From Limisphaerales bacterium (GTDB lineage: Bacteria > Verrucomicrobiota > Verrucomicrobiia > Limisphaerales > JBBRWD01): 64,000 bases of DNA. The notes under the pieces were generated by a model. It saw nothing but the letters and a program-made list of their open reading frames with translations. It did not search any database and was not told where the DNA came from. Within the stretch, counting starts at the first letter, position 1; every line of letters starts with the position of its first letter. A program made the position numbers and the translations under genes. Where the stretch lies: assembly GCA_038249465.1 (NCBI GenBank), contig JBBRWD010000003.1, positions 102,355 to 166,354 of the forward strand. The letters are read 5' to 3'. This document shows, piece by piece, positions 8,738-18,000 of this stretch.

Positions 8738-9670
8738 TCACGGCTTGGTCATCTGCGCCGCCTCGACCATCGCGCCCACGAAATCCGCCACCTTCCACTC
8801 ATTCCCATCGAACACCTTGAAGACGCGCCCGCGCGGGTCAAGCACGACGGTGCGGCTGTTGTGGTTGAAGCCGGCGCCGTCCCGCCAGAACATCTGCCCA
8901 AAGTGATCGCCGATGGCGGTGATATCCACCAAGTCACCCGTTGCGAATGTCCACCGCGCGGCGTCCTTGCGGTACTGCGTTGCGTAGGGCTTGAGCACCC
9001 TCGGCGTGTCGTATTCCGTGTCGAACGTGAGGCTGAGCAGATGCCAGTTGGTCGGCCCATTCGGCCAGGTGAGAAGCTGCCGCTCCGCCGCCGCAAAGTT
9101 CCCGGACATGCGTGGACAAAAGGTTGGGAACGGGCAGCGCGTGAAGATGAAGGTGATGCCCAGGGCGCCGCCGCGATAGCCGGTGAGCTGGAAGGCCCGT
9201 CCCGCATCGTTGGTCAGCGTGTAATCCGGCATCACATCGCCCACCTTCAGTTCATCCACCACCCGCGCGGCACGGACTTCATCCTGGAGCGAGGTTCCCA
9301 CGACGCTGGCGGTCCCGACCCTCTTCACGTGCTCGATCCAGCCATCGTCGTCGGTGACGACCATGCGAAACTCGACGGCATCGTTCGTCTGCAGGCCTTC
9401 CAGTTCGCGCGCGTCCTTCACCTCGAAGAGCATCGTCATCGCCTCCATGTAGCCGGGGATCTTCTCGTGGGTGATGCGGACGCGTTTCTTTTCGGGGATG
9501 AGTTGCTTGATGACTCCCTTGACCTGGTAAGCCTGTTGGTTCGTCGGCGCAACGACCGTGTGGGTGACCGGCGGCGGTGTCGTCGCGGGAGGTGTGACAG
9601 GTTTGCACCCCCACAATGTCAGAGCGAGGAGAATGCTGACGTTGAAGTGGCTTCGAGTAACTGCTTCCAT
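8738..9670 (-). CDS. SCO1/SenC family copper chaperone with N-terminal CusF-like metal-binding domain; lipoprotein
   Basis: Lipobox 'LTLWGC'. A CusF-like segment ('GVIKQLIPEKKRVRITHEKIPGYMEAMTMLFEV') precedes a thioredoxin-fold SCO domain with the 'CPFPTFCP' (CxxxC) motif. The start was set at the internal Met preceding the signal peptide. Confidence 0.65.
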   Translation of the reverse strand: MEAVTRSHFNVSILLALTLWGCKPVTPPATTPPPVTHTVVAPTNQQAYQVKGVIKQLIPEKKRVRITHEKIPGYMEAMTMLFEVKDARELEGLQTNDAVEFRMVVTDDDGWIEHVKRVGTASVVGTSLQDEVRAARVVDELKVGDVMPDYTLTNDAGRAFQLTGYRGGALGITFIFTRCPFPTFCPRMSGNFAAAERQLLTWPNGPTNWHLLSLTFDTEYDTPRVLKPYATQYRKDAARWTFATGDLVDITAIGDHFGQMFWRDGAGFNHNSRTVVLDPRGRVFKVFDGNEWKVADFVGAMVEAAQMTKP

Positions 9671-9854
9671 GGGCCGCATATAAGCCCGCGCCACCATCAT
9701 TGGCAAGTCCGCGGTCTTCCAAGGGTTTCGGCCATTTGAACATGGGCGCGTTGCAAACTTGCGATGCCCCGCGCGACAACAAAGCGTTGCCTGGCCGGAC
9801 GGAAAAGGTGCGTCGCCACACTGCAACCACGCCATCCCAACCGCAAGGCTCCGG

Positions 9855-10014
9855 TGAGCGCATCCGCGCACTGCCCCCGGCGCGCGGCCTTGAGGCCGCT
9901 TCAGCGTTCGATGGGTGTTGGTGAAACATTGCCGGACGGTCTCTCGAACGATGAAGCGACGTAAACGTCGCGCTCCAGCCCGGGTGCCTTCGGGGACAGT
10001 GTCGAAATGCGCCC
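9855..10014. mobile_element. MITE-like palindromic element, family A, copy 2
   Basis: 'gagcgcatccgcgcactgcccccggcgcgcggccttgaggccgcttcagcgttcgatggg...gaagcgacgtaaacgtcgcgctccagccc...cggggacagtgtcgaaatgcgccc' is >85% identical to copy 3. Confidence 0.6.
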
Positions 10015-10378
10015 GGCTCCGGTTTGATGGCCAGAGGTGTCTTGACAGGCGCCGCGCGCTCCCTAAGTTTAGCTTTGGTCATTCCGTAAGTTACCAATGT
10101 TAAAGTGGGAAGTAAGCCGTGGACTGGGGAATGACGGCGCCCGAGGGTTGCCGCGCAGGTGGAACGCAACCGCAATGATCGCCCGGGCCTCGCGTCCTGC
10201 CTTCCCTTTCTGGCTCTGCCCTGCCAGGGAGCACCACAGGCCACCGCCCAGGCGAGCCGCTGATTCGACCGCACGCTACTGCCGCGATTGCCCAACCCTC
10301 GAGCCCACGCCGATCCACGACGGCGTTTCGATTTTTCCCGCCGAATCACCCCAAATGGATCACCGCAAGGAAGCAGCC

Positions 10379-13300
10379 ATGAAAAACCAACACCACCCAA
10401 GGACGGTCCTTCTTCTCATCCTCAGCCTGGCGATGCACCTCAGCTCCGGCCTGGCACGCGGACAGGTGTGCGCGGCCAATCTGACCAATCGCGCCGATGT
10501 GTTTCTGGCCACGCCGGGGAATGACTATAATGTGTATTTCGATGTCAACGGGATGAGTGCGGACTCCTTCCCCGCAGTCAACGCCGGCTGGGTGCGCGAT
10601 GCATTGTTTGGGGCGCACCATGCCTTCGTGACCACCAACGGCTTTCGCAATCCTTCGTTCAGCGCCAATCCCAACGACACCTGCATTTCGATGGCGGTGG
10701 GCTGTTTCGCTGATGCGCCGCTGGATCGCATCCGGCTTCAATCCGGTTGCATGGCGGGCCTGACCGAACCCTTCACGCGCTCGGTGGTGACGCACGAGTT
10801 GTTTCATCACGCCCAATACGCCTACATCAACTTCAATGACTGGCCCTCTTGGGGCACCTGGACCATCGAGGCGACACCCTCGGCCATGGAAGACCGCTCC
10901 TTTGCCGACGTGGATAACAACGGGGCGAACTCCCGCTACGTCGGTGACGTGAACTTCTTCCTTGGGACGCCGAACACGACCTTGATGAGTCGCAGCTATG
11001 ACGCTGCACTCTTTTGGAACTATCTGGCCGAGCGACTGGGCACAGTCACGACGGAACCCAACCGCGGCGTGGACGTCATCCGCGGCTTTTGGGAACGGGC
11101 GCGCGGCAACAGCCCGGACAGCGTTCGCTACGTGCGCGATACCATTCAGGCCCAGGCGCCGGGGCGTACGTTGGAGGATTTGTTCATTGACCTGGCCATC
11201 GCCGGGTTCACCCACAATCTGGATCGAAGTCGTTTGCCGGCCGACCAGCAGGCGCGGTATGCGTTCTTGGACGAATCGGCCACCGGCGGCGGCACCGCCT
11301 ACGGCGCCTCGGCGCGAACCACGGTGACCTCGCTCAATACCACGCTGAGCAGCAATGTCGTCCGCTGGGGTGCGCAGTACTTCGTCGCCAACGTCGGGGA
11401 TAAAGGCTGCCAGGCCGTGGGCGCGTGGGGCAAAGCCAGGAACAATCAGAACCTGGGCTGGGCGGTGGTGGGCGTGCGGAGCGGAAACAAAGTGACGGAG
11501 ATAGCCCGTGGACAAGGGAGTGTCTTCTACCGTTCGTTCATCGATAATCCGGTGGATCCCTTCGTCCAGTTGGCGCTGGTGGTGGTGGGCTTGAATGAAG
11601 CCGCTGATTTCGACTATGCCTTCGGTTTCGGCCAGATCGGAGCCACCATCCTGCTGCCCACCATGGACCGGATGGCGTTTGCCGGCCGCCGCGATGATCC
11701 CCGCCGGTTCCAGGTGCGCCTGCGGATTACTGGACCGTCGGTGCTGACCCCGGCGGGTTCTGCGCCGATTTCGATTCGCGGCCTGGACCCGTCGATCTTC
11801 CGGATTGTCCTGCGAAGCACCAGCACCGGGGCGACTTATCCCGTCACCGTGGTCAACTCGGCCTACGTCAGCGGCGAATACTGGCTGGTCGCATCGGCAC
11901 CGGTCATCTCCAACGCCGCCGATGGCGACCTGTATGACCTGGAAGTCTGCGTGTGCACCACCGAACGCGACTGCGCCTCGCAGCTTGTCAATCCGCGGTC
12001 TGTTCTCTACGGCGACATCCAATACAACCAGATGCTGGTGCTGGATCGGTCCTACAGCATGCATTACCCGGAGCCGGTCGAAAGTTCGAAGATCGAGGCG
12101 GCGAGAAATGCGGCGCGAATGTTCGCCGATACCGCGGCGGACAACGATCGGCTCGGTTTGGTGACGTTCACCGGCGACAACACTGAGTGCAACCTCGACG
12201 CCACGGTCAACCGCCCGTTGCGGCTCATGAACGATGGCGGCATCGACAACCGCGGGCCGCTCATCAGCGCCATCAGCGGCGTGGTGGAGGATGGTTGGAC
12301 CTCCATCGGTGACGGACTGAAACTAGGCCGCGACGCTCTCCTGACAGCCTCGCCGCCGCTGGGCTTGCGCGACGTCAACGGGCTGCTGCTGCTAAGTGAT
12401 GGACTGGAGAACGAGGGAGATTTCTGGGCGGCGGCGAACACGGCGTGCCCAACGCCATTCCCGCCGCCGGTGCGCGATTCGTTTGACCCCGTCTCCGGTG
12501 TCGCTCGTAACATCAAGGTGGATACCATCGCCCTCGGATCCAATGCCGATCAGGAATTGCTGCAACGGATCGCGACTTTTACCCGGGGAACCTTCTATGC
12601 CGTCAGCGCCGATCCGCCCACCGGCGGAGGCGCGGCGCGCGCGGGCATCGCTCCGGCCAGCCCAGCCAGCGAGCCGCCCTCGATGAGCAGCCTCCAAGTG
12701 CCCAACCGGCTGGCCCACGTCCACCGCAGTGCCCAGGAGGAATTGCACGGGCACGATCGCCTGTTTTTCCGCGCCTTTGGATTGAACGCTGGCGCCAACA
12801 ACTTCGTGGTGCCGGTGACCGAACCCAGCGAAGGCGGCGTGCAGGAAGCCAGCTTCACCTTCAACTGGCACCTCCAATCCGTGACCGTAAAGGTGCATCT
12901 CTTCGATCCAGCCGGCGACGAAATCACCAGTTCCACGCCGGGCTGGAGTGTGTTTCAGGATGACACCCACCAAGTCTATCAGTTCAACGGCACCCTGCCG
13001 GCGGGCGACTACGCCGTGACCGCCGAGGCCAGCGGGCCGGTGCAATTGCTGGCCATGCTTTCCGGCTTGTTGATCCGAGGCGTGGATTTTGATCTCTACC
13101 TCTCGCAGCCGCGCGGCCTGGCACCCAATGCCGAATGTCCTTTCCGCGACCGCTATGATTATTTGCGCGGCCTGCCGGTGGATATCTTCGCCACGGTCAC
13201 CGACTACAAAGGCGGCATTGGTGGCCTGAGCATGGAGGCACGGATTGAGAATCCCGACGGTTCCATCAACCGGCTCAGCCTCTACGACGACGGCCTGCAC

Positions 13301-14686
13301 GACAATGGCATCGAGGGCGACGGTATTTACGGCAATCGCTACACCCGCACTCCCTTCTCCAGCCAGGGCGGCCAGCCGGATTTCCCCGGCCTTCCGGCTG
13401 GCCAGTGGGGAAGCTACACCGTCCAGGTCTTCGCCCAGGGCAAGGGCCATTCGGGCGATCCGTTTGAGCGCTTCGCCACGCGATTCTTTCAGGTCTATGA
13501 ATTCGTGGAAAATCCCCAGTTTAAAATATGCGATCCCGACACGGATGATGACGGCCTCCCGGACCGCTGGGAGGATTTGTATGGCTTGAACAAGCTGGAC
13601 CCCGCAGATGCGGCGCTCGACAACGACGTTGACGGGCTGAGCAACAAGGAAGAGTTCCAGCATGGCACGCTGCCGTTCAATCCGGACACCGACGGCGGGG
13701 GCGAATCCGATGGCTCGGAAGTCGCCGCCAGTCGCGATCCGCTCTACGACAAGGACGACCTCCTGCCTGCCATCATGGACTACGGCGTGGTCACCCACGT
13801 ATTCCACGTTCCGGTTCACGAGCCTGAACCCGAAACTCTGATCCTCCATTACCCAGTCAACACCGCCTATCGCTTCATGGAGGTCTGGAGATTTGACTGG
13901 GGCACCCTGACCTGGCTGCTCCACGAGCGGGTCGATCTCACCGTGGACCACTCCGGCATCTACTACGACCGCGGACTGGTCAACGACGTCGTTTACTTCT
14001 ACGCCTTGGTGGCGGAGGGCCACAGCGGCGCGCGAACCGCCGCCACCGCGTGGTTTGGCGGTGTGCCCAAAGCCGATCCGATTCCCCCGGACGGTGCCAT
14101 GATGATTAACATGGGCGACCACTTTACCGCGTCACCCGTGGTGAAGGTTCAGTTCGGGGTAAGTCCCGATACCAAGGAGGTCATGTTGTCTGAAGATCCC
14201 GCCTTTGCCGGGGCAATCTACCAGCCCTTCCAAGCCGAGCTTCCGTTCGCGCTCACATCTGGTCCCGGCCCGGTGACCGCGACGATTTACGCCAAACTTC
14301 GCGATGCCGCCCTCAATGAATCCATCGCCATCCATGATTCAATCCTACTCAACATGGCGGATGACTCCGACAACGATTCGCTGTCCGACATCTGGGAACG
14401 CCGGTTTTTTGGCGATCTTCGCTTCGGTCAGAATGACAATCCGGATCACGATGGTTTCTCCAACCGGGACGAGTTCCGCAATGGCACCGACCCGACCGAT
14501 CCGCGCAGCCCGCGGCGCGCCGGGGTAACCTCCATCCGCCGGGACGGCGGTCAGACGGTCATCGAATACGAAGGGACCCTCCGAAGTTCTGAACACGTCG
14601 ATGGGCCATATCTGGCCGAGCCGGGAGCCACCTCGCCTTATCGATTCACGCCCACGGATCGCAGCCGGTTCTTCCTGGCTGAATAA
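10379..14686 (+). CDS. very large secreted zinc metalloprotease-like protein with vWA domain and thrombospondin-type-3-like Ca-binding repeats
   Basis: Signal peptide 'MKNQHHPRTVLLLILSLAMHLSSGLA'. HExxH motif 'VVTHELFHHAQY'. vWA MIDAS-like 'MLVLDRSYSM'. Repeated 'DPDTDDDGLPDRWED'/'DNDVDGLSNKEE' segments. The C-terminal module ends in 'SRFFLAE'. Confidence 0.65.
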   Translation: MKNQHHPRTVLLLILSLAMHLSSGLARGQVCAANLTNRADVFLATPGNDYNVYFDVNGMSADSFPAVNAGWVRDALFGAHHAFVTTNGFRNPSFSANPNDTCISMAVGCFADAPLDRIRLQSGCMAGLTEPFTRSVVTHELFHHAQYAYINFNDWPSWGTWTIEATPSAMEDRSFADVDNNGANSRYVGDVNFFLGTPNTTLMSRSYDAALFWNYLAERLGTVTTEPNRGVDVIRGFWERARGNSPDSVRYVRDTIQAQAPGRTLEDLFIDLAIAGFTHNLDRSRLPADQQARYAFLDESATGGGTAYGASARTTVTSLNTTLSSNVVRWGAQYFVANVGDKGCQAVGAWGKARNNQNLGWAVVGVRSGNKVTEIARGQGSVFYRSFIDNPVDPFVQLALVVVGLNEAADFDYAFGFGQIGATILLPTMDRMAFAGRRDDPRRFQVRLRITGPSVLTPAGSAPISIRGLDPSIFRIVLRSTSTGATYPVTVVNSAYVSGEYWLVASAPVISNAADGDLYDLEVCVCTTERDCASQLVNPRSVLYGDIQYNQMLVLDRSYSMHYPEPVESSKIEAARNAARMFADTAADNDRLGLVTFTGDNTECNLDATVNRPLRLMNDGGIDNRGPLISAISGVVEDGWTSIGDGLKLGRDALLTASPPLGLRDVNGLLLLSDGLENEGDFWAAANTACPTPFPPPVRDSFDPVSGVARNIKVDTIALGSNADQELLQRIATFTRGTFYAVSADPPTGGGAARAGIAPASPASEPPSMSSLQVPNRLAHVHRSAQEELHGHDRLFFRAFGLNAGANNFVVPVTEPSEGGVQEASFTFNWHLQSVTVKVHLFDPAGDEITSSTPGWSVFQDDTHQVYQFNGTLPAGDYAVTAEASGPVQLLAMLSGLLIRGVDFDLYLSQPRGLAPNAECPFRDRYDYLRGLPVDIFATVTDYKGGIGGLSMEARIENPDGSINRLSLYDDGLHDNGIEGDGIYGNRYTRTPFSSQGGQPDFPGLPAGQWGSYTVQVFAQGKGHSGDPFERFATRFFQVYEFVENPQFKICDPDTDDDGLPDRWEDLYGLNKLDPADAALDNDVDGLSNKEEFQHGTLPFNPDTDGGGESDGSEVAASRDPLYDKDDLLPAIMDYGVVTHVFHVPVHEPEPETLILHYPVNTAYRFMEVWRFDWGTLTWLLHERVDLTVDHSGIYYDRGLVNDVVYFYALVAEGHSGARTAATAWFGGVPKADPIPPDGAMMINMGDHFTASPVVKVQFGVSPDTKEVMLSEDPAFAGAIYQPFQAELPFALTSGPGPVTATIYAKLRDAALNESIAIHDSILLNMADDSDNDSLSDIWERRFFGDLRFGQNDNPDHDGFSNRDEFRNGTDPTDPRSPRRAGVTSIRRDGGQTVIEYEGTLRSSEHVDGPYLAEPGATSPYRFTPTDRSRFFLAE

Positions 14687-14689
14687 CCC

Positions 14690-14863
14690 GGGTGTGATTA
14701 AAAGCGGGTGAGGCCGGCACGCCCGGCGAGGTCGGGCGCGTCACTCCGTGCGCTCCGTCGGGAATGCTGGCACCGCTCCGGCGGCGCGCGCGGAGTGGCT
14801 CGCCCTACTTCCCAGGGTTTTCCGCCGGTTCGGGGTTAACCTCACCCACTTTTGATCACACCC
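14690..14863. mobile_element. MITE-like element, family B, copy 1 (174 bp) with 24-bp TIRs and 9-bp target-site duplication
   Basis: Left TIR 'gggtgtgattaaaagcgggtgagg' and right TIR 'cctcacccacttttgatcacaccc' (22/24 inverse match). The element is flanked by the direct repeat 'gaataaccc' at 14681-14689 and 14864-14872. The left TSD contains the TAA stop codon of the metalloprotease gene. Confidence 0.7.
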
Positions 14864-15068
14864 GAATAACCCGGGACTTCCACCACTGCGAATAGTCGCG
14901 GCTGGCAAAGACTGGACGCCCATCTGCTGACAGCCTCAACGAGGCCCACGAAGATCGGCGGAAATGATTCCCATCGTTCTCAGCACCGAGGCGCTGACGG
15001 TTCCAGCGCCGGATATCCGGGAAGATTCCAGCGCGTGGCGTTTCCCGAGGCACCTTCCACCCGCGCGG

Positions 15069-18000
15069 TCACGGAATGAGGCGCAGCCGGTAAAAGCGTG
15101 TGTGTTGTGGGCCGGCCGGCAGGATGTCGTCGAAGTGTTCTTCAGTCGCGGTCGCGACGCGCGGGAGGCCGGCGGCGGTGAGTGGCCGGAAGACGTATTC
15201 GAGTCCGTTGGCGTACTGGATTTCGTAGCGGCGGCCTGGCACCGCCTTCCACGAAAGGCGCACCGTGTTGCCGGGCAGCATGGCGGCAGTCAGGCGCAGC
15301 GCCGAGGTGGGATCGCGCGGGTCGGTATCGGTGAGGTACTCGCCGAAGTTGGACACGCTGTCGTCATCTGCATCCTTGTCGCAATCGTCTGTCTCCGGGT
15401 TGAGTTGATGCAGTGTTTCCCAGGCGTCGGGCATGCCGTCACCGTCGGAATCAATTTCGGCGCCAGTGACGATGGTCACTTGGTCCGGCGTGCCGTCGGC
15501 ATTCAGGTCGAGTTCGGAGCGGACCTGCTTCACGCGCGGCCAGTCTTGCAGCACGACGCAATGCACCGCGCCGTTCGGCACGTTGAACGGGCCAAAGACG
15601 GCGCACGTGTTGTTCGTCGTGCGAGCATCCACGGCGTCCACGCGGAGGTAATGTTGCGTCGGCTTGCCGCTGTCATTGCGGTAATCGACGGCCCGCTGGC
15701 TCTTGAGGGCGCGGAATTCCTGGGTCCGGTTGCTCACGGCGTCGAGGCCGAGCCATTGGAACGTGGCGCAGGCGCCGTTGCTGATGGCGAAGCCGATCCT
15801 TGGAGTGAAGTTGCTGATGGCGGCCTGCGGCGTGAAGCGAAAGGAGCTGAGTTGATTGGAAATCGCAGTGAGGCTGATGCGATTGCTGTGGCCGGGCGTG
15901 CTGCCGGCCATTTCCAATTGCAGCATGGTGCCGCCCGCCGCGACGTGGAAGACGTTCGCGTTGCTGCCGCGCATGTGAATGTCGATGGCCGGAATGCCGT
16001 TCGAGATAGGCAGCAGAATGGGGATGCTCCGCGTGCGGTTTGTGGGAGTTCCCAGGATGGGAATGGCCTTCAGGCCGGGCAGGTTGTTCACGAAGGTGCC
16101 GTCTTGGCGCCAGCCCCATTCCCTGCCGGCCGGCGCGGTGAAATGCGCGTCGGCGTCGCCAGCCACCACGACGAGAAAGGTGCCCAGCGCGAGGGCAAAA
16201 TCGTAGAGGCCGGGCGCGGTGCGGGTGTCGGTGTATAGCCGGCGTGGCACGGTGAACAGCGCGGTGCCGGTCCAACCGCTGCCCGGGAAAATGTATTCGT
16301 TGGCACTGTGATCGATGTCGATGAATTGATTGGTGACGCACCAGTCGTCCGCGGCGGCGCCGATGGCGCACGGGCTGTTGTTGTCGTAAATCCAGATGCG
16401 CGTGATGTTGGGGTCGCCGCCATAGTTTCCCTCCACGCGGTAGGGCGACACGCAATGGCCGCCCTCAAAACCCTGCACCATGCAGACGGCCTGCGCGGTG
16501 GTGCCCGCGCGCAATTCGGGCAGACGCGCGACGGGATCGCCGCCGAAGTTGGGTGAGAACACATCGACATCGAGCTGCGAGATCAGGTGGTTCAAATACT
16601 CCGCGCTGGTCTGCGCGCCGTGGTTCATGCGGATGCGCGCCCAGATGTCCTTGGGGATGGGAGGGCGGGTGTACCGGCCGCCGGTGTTGCCGGTATCGAA
16701 CTCGCCGGGTGCCCCGGGGTTGTCAATGCCATTGGCGAAGAGCGCCTCGGGATCATAGGTCTGCGGGATCTCCAGCAGATTGAACAGTTCCAACGCGGTG
16801 CCGGAGAAGCCCACGCAACTGCCGGTGCTCTTGTCGATGACGATTTTATGCACCGGCCACCACAGGCCCCAATACAGAGGGTCCGGGATGTGGGCGCCGC
16901 AATCACCAATCGGGTCCACGCAGATGTAGGCGCTGTAACCGTAGCCGGCGAGGAACTCGTTGAGGAGGGCGTCGTGATCCTCGTTATCAAAACTGAACCC
17001 ATGAATGGTCGGATAGGGCGGACGGCGCAGCGTGAAGGTGCCGACGGTGCTGTATTCAATCTGTCCGGGACGGAACCACGCGTCGCGCGCGACCCATTGC
17101 CAGGGCGATTGGAACGAAGGCACGAAGGGGCCGCTGGTGTGTTGGCGCACGAAGTCGGGAACAAACGGCGCCTGCACGCGTACCGTGGTGGCATTGACCC
17201 GCTCGACGTTTGCAGCGGGAAGCAACGTCCATGCACCGGGGCTGGTCGGGAAGGTTCCAGTGATGGGTGACAGGGAGTATTCCATCTCCGCGTGCAGGTT
17301 CGTGCCGGTGAGCGTGACCCATTCGCCAAGTCCGCCAATGCCGCCCTGGCGCACGGCGATGCCGACCATTGGATTCGTGGGCGACGCGCCGGTGATCCCG
17401 GACGCGACCAGCAGGGGTCGTTGCACGAAGAAATCCACGTTGGCGAATTGGAAGGTCCCGCTGGCGCCGGTGGGGAGGCCGGCAAAGATGACGCGATTGG
17501 TGTAGATGAATTGCGGCTGTATTCCGGCGGCACTCACGCGGGGCAACGTGTAGCGGCCGAACGCCTCCAGTTCCGCCTGCGCGAAAATGAACGTCGTCCC
17601 AGCCGGCACCGGCTCGTCAAAACTGAACCGCCCAAAGCTGTCGGTGAACTTGCTGTAAGCCACGCTGTCGGCGATGAGTGACACGCGATAGTTGGGCAGC
17701 GGTGTGGAGGTGTTGGTGAGGCCGGAGAAGACCCGTCCGCTCCAGCGCACCCGTGGCAGGTTTGCGCTGCCTTCGCCGTAGGACATCGTGAGCCAGGTCG
17801 CGGGCGACGCCTCGAAGCCCGCCTCGGGGATGAAGGTTTGGTCGCCGAACGAAGTGAAATTGATCTGTCCCAGCGCCACTCCATCGAACTCGTTGAAGTT
17901 TCCCAGCAGCGTTCGGGCCACGCGAAACTCCGTGCAGATCGCGGTGGAAATTTCACCGCCGCAGAACCGCTGGCCCACCTGATAGAGACTGCGCGGCGTG

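Noticed and set aside
10042-10069. Possible sigma70-like promoter 'TTGACA-16nt-TAAGTT' upstream of the metalloprotease gene
   Set aside because: The -35 is perfect but the -10 is weak (3/6). It lies ~310 bp upstream of the start, and the promoter consensus for this lineage is unknown. Not supportable without TSS data.
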